A stretch of DNA of 64,000 nucleotides from the human T2T-CHM13v2.0 reference genome, Homo sapiens. A program made the position numbers and the translations under genes. The stretch is taken from NCBI RefSeq assembly GCF_009914755.1, contig NC_060947.1; one strand, written 5' to 3'. The notes beneath the pieces are model-generated. The model made no database searches, was not told where the DNA came from, and saw only the letters and a list, made by a program, of their open reading frames with translations. Positions 1 to 13,009 of this stretch are shown piece after piece (position 1 is the first letter of the stretch; each line of letters starts with the position of its first letter).

Positions 1-351
1 TTTGTAAAGCATTGAGATGTTTATGTGTATGCATATCTAAAAGCACAGCACTTAATCCTTTACATTGTCTATGATGCAAAGACCTTTGTTCACGTGTTTG
101 TCTGCTGACCCTCTCCCCACAATTGTCTTGTGACCCTGACACATCCCCCTCTTTGAGAAACACCCACGAATGATCAATAAATACTAAGGGAACTCAGAGG
201 CTGGGGGGATCCTCCATATGCTGAACGCTGGTTCCCCGGGTCCCCTTATTTCTTTCTCTATACTTTGTCTCTGTGTCTCTTTCTTTCCTAAGTCTCTCGT
301 TCCACCTTACGAGAAACACCCACAGGTGTGGAGGGGCAACCCACCCCTACA
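1..351 (+). mobile_element. HERV-K(HML-2) LTR, LTR5_Hs-like, 3' part (runs off window start)
   Basis: Ends in the canonical ...gagaaacacccacaggtgtggaggggcaacccacccctaca; AATAAA at 176-181. Carries ctttacattgtc and cccacaattgtc variants recalled as LTR5_Hs. No primer-binding site follows, so it is a solo or 3' LTR. Confidence 0.93.
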
Positions 352-966
352 GGTGGGTCACTTCCAAAATGGCCACGGGCCACTTCCAAGATGGTAGCAA
401 GCCTCGTGTTCTCTGACATGGGGTTCTTGGCCTAACGGATTCCAACGAAAGAAATCTTGGGCCATGCAGTGAGTGTTATAGCTCTATTAGAAGCTGTGGG
501 TCACAGAAGAGAACCGTGGAACCCAGTGACTAGTGTTCAACTTGATTAGAATGAACCCGGGCACTTAGCAGTGCAGGAACAATGGCGAGCCTTTAGCCCA
601 ATCGGAAGCAGCAATGGGCGCCTCACTGGATCAGGAGCACAGTGAACACCCTGCCTGATCTGTACGGATGGAAGTCGGTGGTGGGTCTGCGAGGGCAGCA
701 AACAGCAGTGGTGGACAGCGAGCGAAAGCTCAGCTTAAGCCATAACAAACACGGACCAGAAGAGTGCAGTTGCAAGATTTAATAGAGTGAAATAGAGTGA
801 AAACAGCTCCCATACAAAGGGAGGGGACCCAAAGAGGGTAGCCGTTGCGGGCTTGAATGCCTGGGTTTATGTCCCAGTCATTGTCCCTCCCACTGTGCTC
901 TCAGGTGGTAGATGATTGGCTATTTCTTTACCTCCTGTTTTTGCCTAATTAGCATTTTAGTGAGCT
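352..966 (-). mobile_element. HERV-W LTR17, missing the start of U3 and interrupted near its U5 end by the LTR5
   Basis: Reverse complement reads agctcactaaaatgctaattaggcaaaaacaggaggtaaagaaatagccaatcatc...ctctatttcactctattaaatcttgcaactgcactcttctggtcc, matching LTR17 U3/R/U5. Confidence 0.92.
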
Positions 967-1706
967 AGATTATTTTGGAGCTTTAAGGTTTAATGACTGC
1001 CCTGTTGGGTTTTGGACTTCGTGGGTCCTGCAGCTCCTTTCTTTGGCCAACTCTTCCACTTTAAAATGGAAGTATCTATCAAATGCTTGTATCACCATTG
1101 TATCTTGGAAGTAAATAACTTGTTTTTGATTTTAGAGGTGTATAGGTGGAAGACACTTGTCTTATCTCAGATGAGACTCTTTTCACTCGCGTCCATGTGA
1201 AGAGACCACCAAACAGGCTTTGTGTGAGCAACAAGGCTGTTTATTTCACCTGGGTGCAGGTGGGCTGAGTCCGAAAAGAGAGTCAGCAAAGGGAGATAGG
1301 GGTGGGGCCGTTTTATAGGATTTGGGTAGGGAGTGGAAAATTACAGTCAAAGGGGGTTTTTCTCTGACTGGCAGGGGCAGGGGACACAAGGTGGTCAGTA
1401 GGGGAGCTTTTGAGCCAGGATGAACCAGGAGAAGGAATTTCACAAGGTAATGTCATCAGTTAAGGCAGGAACAGGCCATTTTCACTTCTTTTGTGATTCT
1501 TCAGTTACTTCAGGCAATCCGGATATACACATGCAGGTCACAGGGGATATGATGGCTTAGCTTGGGCTCAGTGGCCTGATAACTTTGAACTTTAGACTTT
1601 TGAGTTAATGCTGGAATGAGTTAAGATTCTGGGGAACTGTTGAGGAGGAATAATTGTATTTTGAAATGTGAGAAGGACATGAGATTTGGAGAGGCCACGG
1701 TCAGAA
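967..1706 (+). mobile_element. MST-type MaLR internal region (3' end), split by LTR7
   Basis: cagatgagact|ttgaactttagacttttgagttaatgctggaatgagttaag...gacatgagatttgg leads directly into an MST LTR. Confidence 0.85.
1181..1581 (-). mobile_element. HERV-H solo LTR (LTR7 family, probably LTR7B/C)
   Basis: Plus-strand ends tttcactcgcgtccatgtgaagagaccaccaaacaggc and ggcttagcttgggctcagtggcctgata. 5-bp TSD actct (1176-1180) / acttt (1582-1586). Confidence 0.93.
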
Positions 1707-2118
1707 TAATAAGGTTTGGGTCTGTGTTTCCCCAAATCTCATGTCTAATTGTAAGCCCCAGTTTTGAAGGTGGGACCTGGTGGGAGGTGACTGGATCATG
1801 GGGGCAAAGTTCTCATAAATTGGCTAGCACCATTTCCTCAGTGCTGTTCTTATGATAGGGAGTGAGTTATTATGAGATCTGCTTGTTTAAAAGGGTGTAG
1901 CACCTCTTCGCTTTCTTTCTCCTACTCCAGCCTTATGTTGTGCTGGCTCCCATTTCAACTTTTTCCATGAGTGTAAGTTCCCTGAGGTCTTCCCAGAAGC
2001 TGATGTCACCATGCTTCCTGTACAGTATGCAGAACCAAGAGCCAATGAGGCCTCTTTTCTTTATAAATGTTCTGGCCTCAGGTATTTCTTTATCACAATG
2101 GGAGAAGAGACTAATACA
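1707..2118 (+). mobile_element. MSTA/MSTB MaLR LTR (3' LTR)
   Basis: taataaggtttgggtctgtgtttccccaaatctcatgt...ctcaggtatttctttatcacaatg...gactaataca. Confidence 0.88.
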
Positions 2119-2301
2119 GGATATTGGTCATGAATTCTCTGCTTAGGCCAATATCCAGAAGAGTTTTTCCAAGGATATATTCTAGAATTGTTATGGATTC
2201 AGGTCTTAGATTTACATCTTTCATTCATCTTGAGTTGATTTTTGTATAAGGTGAAAGATAGGTATCCAGTTTCATTCTTCTACATGTGGCTAGCCAGTTT
2301 T

Positions 2302-2621
2302 CTTTTGTCTTTCTTTGTGTTTTTGTTTGTTTGTTTCTGAGATGTAGTCTTGCTCTGTTGCTCAGGCTGGAATGTCGTGGCATGATCTTGGCTCACTGCA
2401 ACCTCTGCCTCCCAGGATCAAGCAATCCTACCGCGTCAGCCTCCTAAGTAGCTGGGATTACAGGCACATGCCACCACACCCGGCTAATTTTTTATATTTC
2501 TAGTAGAGACAGGGTTTCACCATGTTGGCCAGGCTGGTCTCGAACTCCTGATCCCAGGTGATCCACCTGCCTCAGACTCCCAAAGTGCTTGGATTACAGG
2601 TGTGAGCCACCGCACCCAGGC
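2302..2621 (-). mobile_element. AluS
   Basis: Full dimeric Alu in reverse with a degenerate T-rich tail. Confidence 0.95.
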
Positions 2622-3079
2622 TGGCTCGTGAGTTTTCTAAGCACAATTTATTAAATAGAATGCCTTTTCTCTATTTTATGTTTTTGTATGTTATATCAAA
2701 TATCAGTTGTTTATAAGTATCTGACCTTATTCCTGAGTATTCTCTTCTGTTTCACTGGTCTGTGTGCCTACTTTTATAAAAGTATCATGCTATTTTGGTA
2801 AATACAGCCTTGTAATATAACTTGTAGTCTGGTTGTGTAATATTTCCAAATATGTTCTCTTTCCTTAGCATTCCTTTGCCTATTAAGGCTCTTTTTTGAT
2901 TCCATATAAATTTTAAGATTGTTTTGTCTAGTTCTGTAAAAAATAATGTTGGTATCTTGATGGAAATTGCATTTAATCTGTAGATTGCTTTGGGCAGTGT
3001 GGTGATTTTCACAATATTGATTGAGTTTCTATCCATGAGCATCAGATGCATCTACATTTGTTTGTGTCATCTCTGTTTT

Positions 3080-3379
3080 TTTGTTTTGTTTTGTTTTTGA
3101 GATGGTGTCTCATTCTGTCGCCCATGTTGGTGTGCAGTAGCATGATCTTGGCTCACTGAAACCTCCGTCTCCTGGGTTTAAGTGATTCTCCTGCCTCAGC
3201 CTCCTGAGTAGCTGGGACTACAGGCGTGTGCCACCATGCCCGGCTAATTTTTTGTAGTTTTAGTAGAGACAGGGTTTCACTGTGTTAGCCCAGATGGTCT
3301 TGATCTCCTGACCTCGTGATCTGTCCACCTCATCCTCCCAAAGTTCTGGGATTACAGGCGTGAGCCACTGTGCCCAACC
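3080..3379 (-). mobile_element. Alu (AluSc/AluY-like)
   Basis: Dimeric Alu; TSD tgtcatctctgtttt at 3065-3079 and 3380-3394. Confidence 0.95.
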
Positions 3380-5429
3380 TGTCATCTCTGTTTTCTTCCA
3401 GCAATGTTTTGTATTTCTCCTTCTACAGATTCTTCACTTTCTTGTTTACTTATATTCCTAGATATTTTTATATTTTTTCAGCTATTGTAAAAGAGACTTC
3501 TTGATTTGATTTTCAGCTTGGTCACTGTTGGTGTATAGCAGTGCCATTGATTTGTGTACATTGATTTTGTATCCTGTGACTTCACTATATTTGTTTATCG
3601 AATCTAGGATTCTTTTGGAGGAATCTTTAGGGTTTTATAGGTATAAAATTATATCATTAGCAAATGGCGATAGTTTTACTTTCTCTTTTCCAATTGGGAT
3701 GCCCTATGTGTTTTATCCTGCCGGATTGCTCTGGCCAGAACTTCCAGTACTCTGTTGAATAGAAGTGGTCTAAGTGGGCATCCTTTTCTTATTCCAGTTC
3801 TTAGGGTAAATCATTATATTCAGTGTGATGTTGGCTGTGGGTTTGTCATATATGGCTTTTATTATTTTGAGATAAGTTCATTCTATGCCTAGTTTGTTGA
3901 GTGTTTTTATCATAAAGTGATACAAGATTTTATCGTGCTTTTTCTGCTTATATTTAGATAATTGTATAATTCTTTTTAGTTCTGTTTATGTGATGTGTCA
4001 CATTTATTGACTTGTGTATGTTAAGCCATCCTTGTATCCCTGAGATGAAACATAATTGATCATGGCATATTATCTTTTTGGTGTGCTGTTGGATTAGGTT
4101 AACTAGTATTTCTTTGAGAATTTTTGCATTTATGTTCATGAAGAAAATTTGTCTGTAGTTTCCTTTTTTTGTTATGCTCACTACTGGTTTAGGTATGAGG
4201 GTGATACTGGGTTCATAGAATAACTTAGAGAAGATTACCTCTTTCTCAATCCTTTGGAATAGTTTCAGTAGAATTGGTACTAATTCTTCTTTGAGTGTCT
4301 GATAAAATGTAGCTCTAGATTTATCTGGCCATGGGCTTATCTTTTTCTTGGCATTTAAAAAAATTACTGATTAAATCTTGCTGCTTGTTATTGGTTTGTT
4401 CAGGGTTGCTATTTTTTATTCCTTTATTCTAGGAGGGTAGTATGTTTCCAGGACTTTATCTATTTCCTCTAGATTTTCTAGTTTGTGTACATAGAAATGT
4501 TCACAGTAGTCTTGAATGGTCTTTTGTATTTCTATATTATGTTGGTTGTATGTATTTCTATATTGTGTTGATATTGTATGTTGGCTGTAAAGTCTCCAGT
4601 TTCATTTCACTATAGCTCATTGGAAATTCTCTTATATATTCGTTAATCTAGCCAACGGCTTATCAATTTTGTTTCTTTTCAAAGAAGCAGCTTTTTGTTC
4701 TATTGATCTTTTGGGATTTTTTTGTTTTAATTTCATTTAATTCTGCTCTAATCTTTATTTCTTTTCATATGTTAGCTTTGGATTTGTTTTGATCTTGTTT
4801 CTCTAGTTTCTTGAGGTGTGAAATTAGGTAGTCAGTTTGTGTCCTTTCAGACTTTTTGATGTAGGCATTTAGCACTGCAAATGCTCTTAGCAGTGCTTTT
4901 GCTGTTTTGTAGGGATTTTCATAACTTTTGTCACTATTATCATTCATTTTGATGTTTACATTTTTAAATTTTCATCTTGACATTATTGTTAACCTAAAAA
5001 TTATTTAGGAGGAGATTGTTTAATTTCCATGGATTTGTGGTTTCTTTTGGAGTTGATTTTTTATTCTATTTTACTGTGGTCTGAGAAGATATTTGATATA
5101 ATTTTAATTTTTTTAAATTTATTGAGACTTGTTTTGTGGCCTATCATATGATGTATCTCAAAGAATGTTCTATGTGCTGATGAGAAGAATTCATATTCTG
5201 TAGCTCTTTGGTAGGATATTCTGTAAATATGTGTTAGGTTCTGTCTCAGATACTTTTCAGTTTACACTAGCTAATATTGGCAACAATATTGTTTTGAGTG
5301 TTGTTTATATATGTAGTCATAAAGCTCACAGCTCACATTTATTTGGGGGAATATGTATTTTTTTCATTATACACACGAAATATAAACAATGAAAATTTAT
5401 TTTAATATTGATACATCTTGAATTTCATA

Positions 5430-5944
5430 ATGGGGCAGAATAAGTTAGGTTAGATGGCAATACTGACTGGATCCCTTGTTTGAAGCCCTGCAGGCTCCAT
5501 CCCTAGCACCCTTCTGTGTCAGCACCTAACTCTTTTGCAAGATAAGCAGTCCCACAGGATACCAGCAGAGTGCAAGATAGTTACAAGGTTCTGATACCTG
5601 ATATAGGTCCAGGAAAAAGAACAAAAACTCCTTATTCCTGATGTATCTTCTCCAATATCCAGCCAATCTGCACAAGAATCCCAAGAAATTAATAGCTACA
5701 AATTTCTGCCTTGGAGCTAAGAATTTTCTTTTTCTTTCTTTGTCCTACTTGCTCAGCTGGGCTCAAGGTTTAGCTTATAGTGACTGTTTTCTCATTTTAA
5801 CAGTAAAACACACCTTTAGGTGCAGGTTTTATATGCTAATAACACATGTGATGTATGTTAGAGTTTGTAGACGCTGAGTGCATGTGCCAACTGCAGATCT
5901 GCCTTTGCATAACTTACCTCACCAGTATTTTATAAATATGTAGG
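5430..5944 (+). mobile_element. ERV-type LTR, 5' part (family uncertain, MER54/MER73-like); continues at 13010-13201
   Basis: LTR-like U3 (aaaacacacctttaggtg...atgctaat) interrupted by the full-length L1. The start coordinate is approximate. Confidence 0.55.
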
Positions 5945-8900
5945 GAGAGGGTCAATATGGCTGACTAGAAGCAGCTAATGTGTGCCGTCCTCATGGAGAG
6001 AAGAAACAGTAGTGAGTAAATACTATACCTTCCACTAAAACATTCAGGTGAACACAATGGGATTCATTAAGAAAACAACTTGACCCACAGAGAATGGAGA
6101 GAAACAAGACTGAACAACTGCCAACAAAGAAGTAGCACTGAGCCAAGGGAGTCCCCGCCATGGGGAAATGGCAAGTGAGTGAGAAATCTCAGGGACCCAC
6201 ACTTTTTTTATGTATCTTTGCCACTGTTGGGTCAGGAGATTCTCTCAGGAGCCCACTCAACCAGGGCCTTCAGACTGCTATGAAGAGCTATGTGGAGTCT
6301 GGATAGAGCCACCACTCAAGCACACACAGTGTCCTGGGAGCCTTGGATCCTGGGCTTCACAGCATTAGTAGCTGCAGTTCCAGCAAAGGGGGAGGTTAGG
6401 CTCCCTTACATACCCTGGGGAAAGGGGCTGAACCCGAAGGGCTAAGCAGCGCCAGTCTGAAGGCTTTGCTTCCACTCTACTTCAGAGAATAAAGACCACT
6501 AATTTGGGACTCCAGCCACCTCCTACTGGAACTCTGAGGCCAGTAATAGCTCCACACTTCCCTGGGACAAAGTTCCCAGAGGGAGGGGTGGGATGTCATC
6601 TTTGTTAGCTCTCATGCTTTTCTGTCTGTTACCTTCATGCTCTGGAGATTCTGAGGTAACTAGGGTCTTTCTGGGACCCCCAACACATTGAAGCTGCCTT
6701 ACAAAAAAGCATCCAGACTGTTTTTAATGCAGGCCTTTATCCCCGTTCTCCTCACTGGCCAGGACCTCCAGATCTGAGAATCCAGCCATTCCTTGCTGGA
6801 GTTCTTGGGCCATCAGCAGCTCTGAACCTCCCTGAGACAGAGATCCCAAAGGGAGGAGTGGGTTGCCATCTTTACTTATTTACATACTTTGCCACTGTTG
6901 CCTTCGGCCTCTGGAGAATCCATGGCGACTAGAACTCGGCACAGACCCCCAGTGCAGTGCAGCTGCCCCACAGAAAAGTGGCCTGACTGTTCCCCATGCA
7001 GGTCCCTGTCCACACTTGTCCTCACTGTGCAGGACCTCCTGACCTGGGACTCCAGCCTAACCCCTGTCCTTGCCTTCTCCAAGGAGGAAATCCCAGATTC
7101 AATCCACAGCCCCTCCACCATTGCAGCTGCAGTAGTACTGCCTTAATTGCCTTCAAGCTGGGAAAAGAACAAAGACAATAGTCATTACACTGGCACCTCC
7201 AGTACAGTGCAGCCAGCATACATAGAGGAGTCCAGTCTCTCTTCCCTGGGAGCCCCCATGCCCCCTCTTCACCAGGTAGGTCCCCTGGCTCAGGAATGCA
7301 GAACAGCCACCCCAACCATTGCTGAGCATACCCACTGGTAGTGGCTCTGAGTTGCTGTGGGTAGGAGCTCCCAGAGCCAACTGACAGCCCCTCTGCCACT
7401 GCCACAGCAGTGGATCTGTCCCATCTGACCTCAGTCGGCAGAAGAAACAAAGAGCTTGAGGGCTTCACCTGGGCTTACAGCACATCTCAGCCAACATATG
7501 GAGAACAACCCTGTCTCTCTTCTCTGTAAGCCCTAGACTCCCTTCTCCCTGACAATGACAGCCCCTAGCTCAGGCCAGCAGTAAAGCTACCCCCATTCAC
7601 TGGCTGAATACTCCCAGTAGCAATGGCTCTGCCTTTCTCATAGGTGGAGCTCCCAGGGAAGACAGAAATCCCTTTTGCCATTGCCTCTCCAGTGAAACTG
7701 CCCATGCTGCCCTTGGACTAAGGAAACAGCAAAGATCCTGAGTGCCTTATCCATACCTCAAGCAAGCTGTAGTTGCCCTAAGGAGAGGCCAGGCTGTCTC
7801 CCACAGATCACACACACTCCACTGCTTATCACCAGGAAGTGACCCCAGTTTGGGCCCACAGTGCAGCCACCCCATTCTAAGCCAATCACACTGATTGACT
7901 GAAGCTTTACATCTCTCTTGGTTGGAGCCCCAGAACAAGTGGAGTAGCATTGACCACAACTGCTGCTAAGCTCCCTTTCCCTGCTGCTTCCAAGCTGGGG
8001 AGGAAAAATGAAGCCTGAGATTATTCCAGGGCTTGGGTGTGCAGCCCGAAACTGCTAAGCTGAGATCTGTAACCAGCACTCAAATGGGAGAGGAGACCAC
8101 ATTTTCAGAGCATTAAGAGAGAATATAGCTGCAATCAAGAGAAAAAAAAAAAAAGAAAAAAGAAAAAGAAAAACAGGAGTCACATAACAGAACCAGCACT
8201 TACTTACTAACCATTATGCCTAAGCAGCACCTACTGGATCACACACCAAAACTTAAACACCAAAACTACATTCTAAGCATACCTTCCTTTGAAACCAAAG
8301 ACAAGAATTCAGTTTCTGATAAAGGCCATGTACAGAGCCTCAACCATCTGAAAACACCAAGAAAAGGAGTGTACTGACTAGTCAATTTACACTGCAGTTA
8401 AAGAAACACCCACAAGGGCAGATGAGAAAAATACCAACACAATAACTGGCAACTCAAAATGCCAAAGTGTTTCCTTTCCTCAAAATGACTACAGTAGTTC
8501 CCCAGCAAGGGTTCTCAGCTGAGCTGAGATGGCTGAAATATCAGAAGTAGAGTTCAGAATATGGAGAGAAATGAAGATCATTGAGATTCAGGAGAACATG
8601 AAAATTCAATCCAAGGAAGAAAAGGATCACAAAAAATGATGGAGGATCTTATAGATAAAACAGTTAGTATTAAAAAAGAACCAAGCTAGTCTGATAGAGC
8701 TAAGAACACACTATAAGAATTTCATAATGAAATTGCAAGTATGAACAGCAGACTAGACCAAGCTGCAGAGATAAACTCAGAGCTTGAAGACAAGCTCTCT
8801 GAAATAAGACAGAAATAAAAATGAAAAAAATAAAATAAAAAGGAACAAACAAAACCTCCGATAAATATGGGATTACATAATGAGATAAAATCTATGACTT

Positions 8901-11900
8901 ATTGGAGTATGTACTTGAAAGAAATGAGGAGAAAGCAAGCAACTTAGAAAACATATTTCAGGATATTGTCCATAAAAACATTCACAAACTCGCTGGGGAG
9001 GCCAACATTCAAATTCAGGAAATGCAGAGAACCCCTACAAGATACTACACAAGAAGACCATCACCAAGACATCTAATCATGAGGCATTCCAAGGACAAAA
9101 TGAAAGAAAAAATATTAGAGGCAGTTACAAAGGGCAAGTCACCTACAAAGAGAACCCCATCAGGCTAACAGCAGATCTTTCAGCAGAAATTCTATAAGCC
9201 AGAAAAGATGAGGGGCCTGTACTCAACATTCTTAAAGAAAAAATCTTAAACAAGGGATTTCATATTCAGCCAAATAAACTTAGTAGGTGAAGGAGAAATA
9301 AGCTCCTTATTAGATACCCATACAATACTAGTTGGAGGCTTCAACACTCCATTGAAAGTATTAGACAGAACCAAGCAGAAAAATAACAAAGGTACTCAGG
9401 ACCTGAACTCAACACTTGACCACATGGATCTAATAGACATCTGCAGAACTCTTCATCCAAAAACAACAAATTGTACATTATTCTCATCACCACATACCAC
9501 ATACACCAAACTTGACCATATAATCAGACATAAAATAATCCTCATAAAATTTTAAAAAAATGAAATCATACCAGTCACACTCTCAGACCACAGCACAATA
9601 GAAATAGAATTCAATACAAAGAAAATTGCTCAAAACCATACAATTACATGGAAATTAATCAACCTCCTCCTGATTGACTTTTGGGTAAATAATGGAATTA
9701 AGGCAGAAATCAAGTTTTTTGAAACTAATGAGAACAAAGAGACAAGATAGTTGAATCTCTGGGAAACAGCTATGTCAGTGTTAAAGGGAAATTTATAACA
9801 AGAAACACCCACATCAGAAAGTTGGAAAGATCTCAAATTAACAACCTAACGTCACAACTGGAAGAAGTAAAGAAGCAAGAGAAAACCAACCCCAGAGCTA
9901 CAAAACGACAAGAAATAACCAAAATAAGGCTGAATTGAAGGAGACTGAGGCTTAAAAATCCATGCACAATCAACAAAACCAAGAGTTGGTTTTTAGAAAA
10001 TAAATTATAAGACTGACCACTAGTTAGACTAATAAAGAAGAAAAGAGAGAAGATAAAAATAAACACAATTAGAAAGAATGAAGCCATTACCAGTGACCCC
10101 ACAGAAATACCAATAACTATCAGAGACTACCATGAACACCTCTATGCACAAAAACTAGAAAATCTAGAAGAAACAGGTAAACTCCTGGACACATACACCC
10201 TTCAAAATCTGAAACAGAAAACACTGAATCCCTGAATAGGCCAATATAAAGCTCTGAAATTAAAATAGTAATAAATGTACTAACAACCCAAAAAGGCCTA
10301 GAACCAGATGGATTCACAGTCAAGTTATACCAGGTATACAAAGAAAAGCTGGTACCATTCCTAATGAAACTATTCTTAAGAAAATGAGGAGGGACCCCTC
10401 CCTAACTCATTCTATGAGGCCAGCATCATCTCAATATCAATACCGGACAGAGACACACACAAAAATGAAAACTTAAGGCCAATATTCTTGATAAACATAG
10501 ATGCAAAAATTCTCAACAAAATATTAGCAAATCAACTCCAGCAGCATATCAAAAAGCTAATCCACCATGATCCAGTAATCTTTATCCCTGAGATGCAATG
10601 TTGGTTCAACATACAAAAATCACTAAATTTAATTCATCACGTAAACAGTGCTAAAGAAAAATACATATGATTTTCTCAGTAGATGCAGAAATGGCTTTCA
10701 ATAAAATTCAAAATCCCTTCATGTAAAAAAACGATCAATAAACTATGCATTAAAGAAACATACTTTAAAATAATAAGAGCTATCTATGACAAACCCACCG
10801 CCAACATCATACTGAATGGCAAAAGCTGAAAGCATTTTGATTTATAGCCAGCACAAGACAAGGATACCCTCTTTCACCACCACTATTCCACATAGTACAA
10901 AAGTCCTGACCAGGCAATCAGAAAAGAAGAAAAACTAAAAGACATCCAAATAGGATGAGAGGAAGTCAAACTATCCCTTTTTGCAGATGACATGATTCTA
11001 TGTCTTAAAGCACCCCATAGTCTCTTCACGAAAGCTCTGAGAGCTGATAAACAACTTCAGCAACATTTAAAGATACAAAATAAACATATAGAAATCAGTA
11101 GCATTCCCGTACTCCAACAACATCCAAGCCAGGAGCCAAATCAGGCACGCAATCACATTCACAATTGCCACAAATTAGATAAAATATCTAGTAATACAGC
11201 TAACCAGGGAGGTGAAAGATCTCTACAATAAAAATAACAAACCACTGCTCAAAGAAATCAGAGACAACACAAACAAATTTAAAAAAATATATGCTCATGG
11301 GTAGGAAGAATTAATATCTTTAAAATGGCCATAGTGCCAAAACCAACTTACAGATTCGAAAGTTATTCTTATCAAACTGCCAATAACATTCTTCACAAAA
11401 TTAGTAAATGCTATTTTAAAATTCATATGAAACAAAAAAGAAGCCTGCATAGCCAAATCAATCTTTAGCAGAAAGAAGAAAGGTGAAGGCATTATGTTAC
11501 CCAAATTCAAACTATACTACAGGGTTAAAGTAACCAAAACAGCATGGTACTGGTAAAACAAAACAAAACAAAACAAAAAAACAGACACAGAGAACAATGG
11601 AACACAACAGACAGCCCAGCAATAATGCCACATACCTACAATGATCTCATCTTTGACAAAGGTGACAAAAACATTCAATGGGGAAAGGACTCTCTTCAAT
11701 AAATAGTGCTGAGATAACTGGCTAGCCATGTGCAGAAGATTGAAACTGGATCCCTTCCTTACACTATACATAAAAATCAACTCAAGATGGATTAAAGAGT
11801 TAAATGTAACAGCTAAAACTATAAAATCAACATAAGATAACCAAGGAAATACCATTCTGGAAATAGAAACTGGCAAAGATTTCATTACAAAGACACCAAA

Positions 11901-12996
11901 AGCCATTACAACAAAAGCAAAAATTGATAAATATGATCTAATTAAACTAATGAGCTTCTGCACAGCAAAAGAAACTATGAACAGAGTAACAGACAACCTA
12001 CAGAATGGGAGAAAATTTTGCAAACTCTCATCTGACAAAGGTCTAATATCCAGTATCTAGAAAGAACTTAAATTTATAAGCAAAAACAAACAAACAAACA
12101 ACAACAACAAAAAAACATTAAAAAGTGGGCAAAGGACATAAACAGACACTTTTCAAAAGAAGACATACATGTGGCCAAGAAGCATATGAACAAAAGCTCA
12201 GTATCGCTGATCATTGGAGAAATAAAAATCAAAACCACAATGAGATACCATCTCACCCAGTAAGAATGGCTAATCATTAAAAAGACAAAAAATAACAGAT
12301 GCTGGCAAGGTTGCAGAGAAAAGGGATCACTTTTACCCTGCTGTTGGGAGTGTGAATTAGTTTAATTATTGTGGAAAAGAGTGTGCTGATTCCTCGAAGA
12401 CCTAAAAACAGAACTATCATTTTCCCCATCAAACTCATTACTGGCTATATACCCAAAGGAATATAATACATTGTTCTACCATAAAGACATACGTATGTGT
12501 GTGTTCATCGCAGCACTATCCCCAATATCAAAGACATTTAAGCAACCTAAACGCATGCACATCAACAGTAGACTGGACAGAAAAATGTGGTACCTATAGG
12601 CCGTGGAATACTATGCAGCCATACAAAGAATAACATAATTTTCTTTTCAGTAGCTTGGGTAGAGCTGGAGACCATTATTCTTAGCAAACTAATGCAGGAA
12701 TGGAAAATCAAATACCACTTGTTCTCCCTTATATGTAGAAGCTAAATAATGACAACACATAGAAACCAAGAGGCTAACAGCAGACACTGGAGCCTACTCG
12801 AGGGTGGAGGGTGGGAGGAGGGAGAGGATCAGAAAAAAAAGATCTATCAGGTACTAGTCTTAGTATCTCGGTGATAAAATAATCTGTACACCAAACCCCC
12901 ATGACATGTGTTCACCTATACAACAAACCTGCAAATGTACCCCTGAATCTAAAATAAAAGTTAAAAGAACAAATACAAATAAGCATAAATAAATAA
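5945..12996 (+). mobile_element. Near full-length ancient LINE-1 (L1PA15/16-like) with long repeat-containing 5' UTR and ~600-bp internal deletion
   Basis: 5' end caatatggctgactagaagcagcta. ORF1 remnant 8902-9168; ORF2 remnants 9352-9555 and 10488-10670; RT FADD codons at ~10979-10990. 3' UTR gagggtggagggtgggaggagggagaggatcaga. 13-bp TSD ataaatatgtagg at 5932-5944 and 12997-13009. Confidence 0.93.
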
Positions 12997-13009
12997 ATAA
13001 ATATGTAGG

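Larger units (their letters stand above)
2119..5240 (-). mobile_element. Old LINE-1 (L1PB/L1MA-like) ORF2 fragment carrying two Alu insertions
   Basis: Minus-strand ORFs 2785-3051 ([24 protein letters not shown]), 3954-4181 and 4765-4947 are decayed L1 ORF2. Confidence 0.9.

Noticed and set aside
352-966. HERV-W processed pseudogene
   Set aside because: The LTR17 keeps part of U3 together with R and U5, which fits neither the R-U5 nor the U3-R truncation pattern. The junction at 966, where the MST-int is also truncated, looks like a deletion.
11517-12038. 173-aa hydrophobic ORF as a membrane protein
   Set aside because: It is the antisense frame of A-rich L1 ORF2, a well-known artefact.
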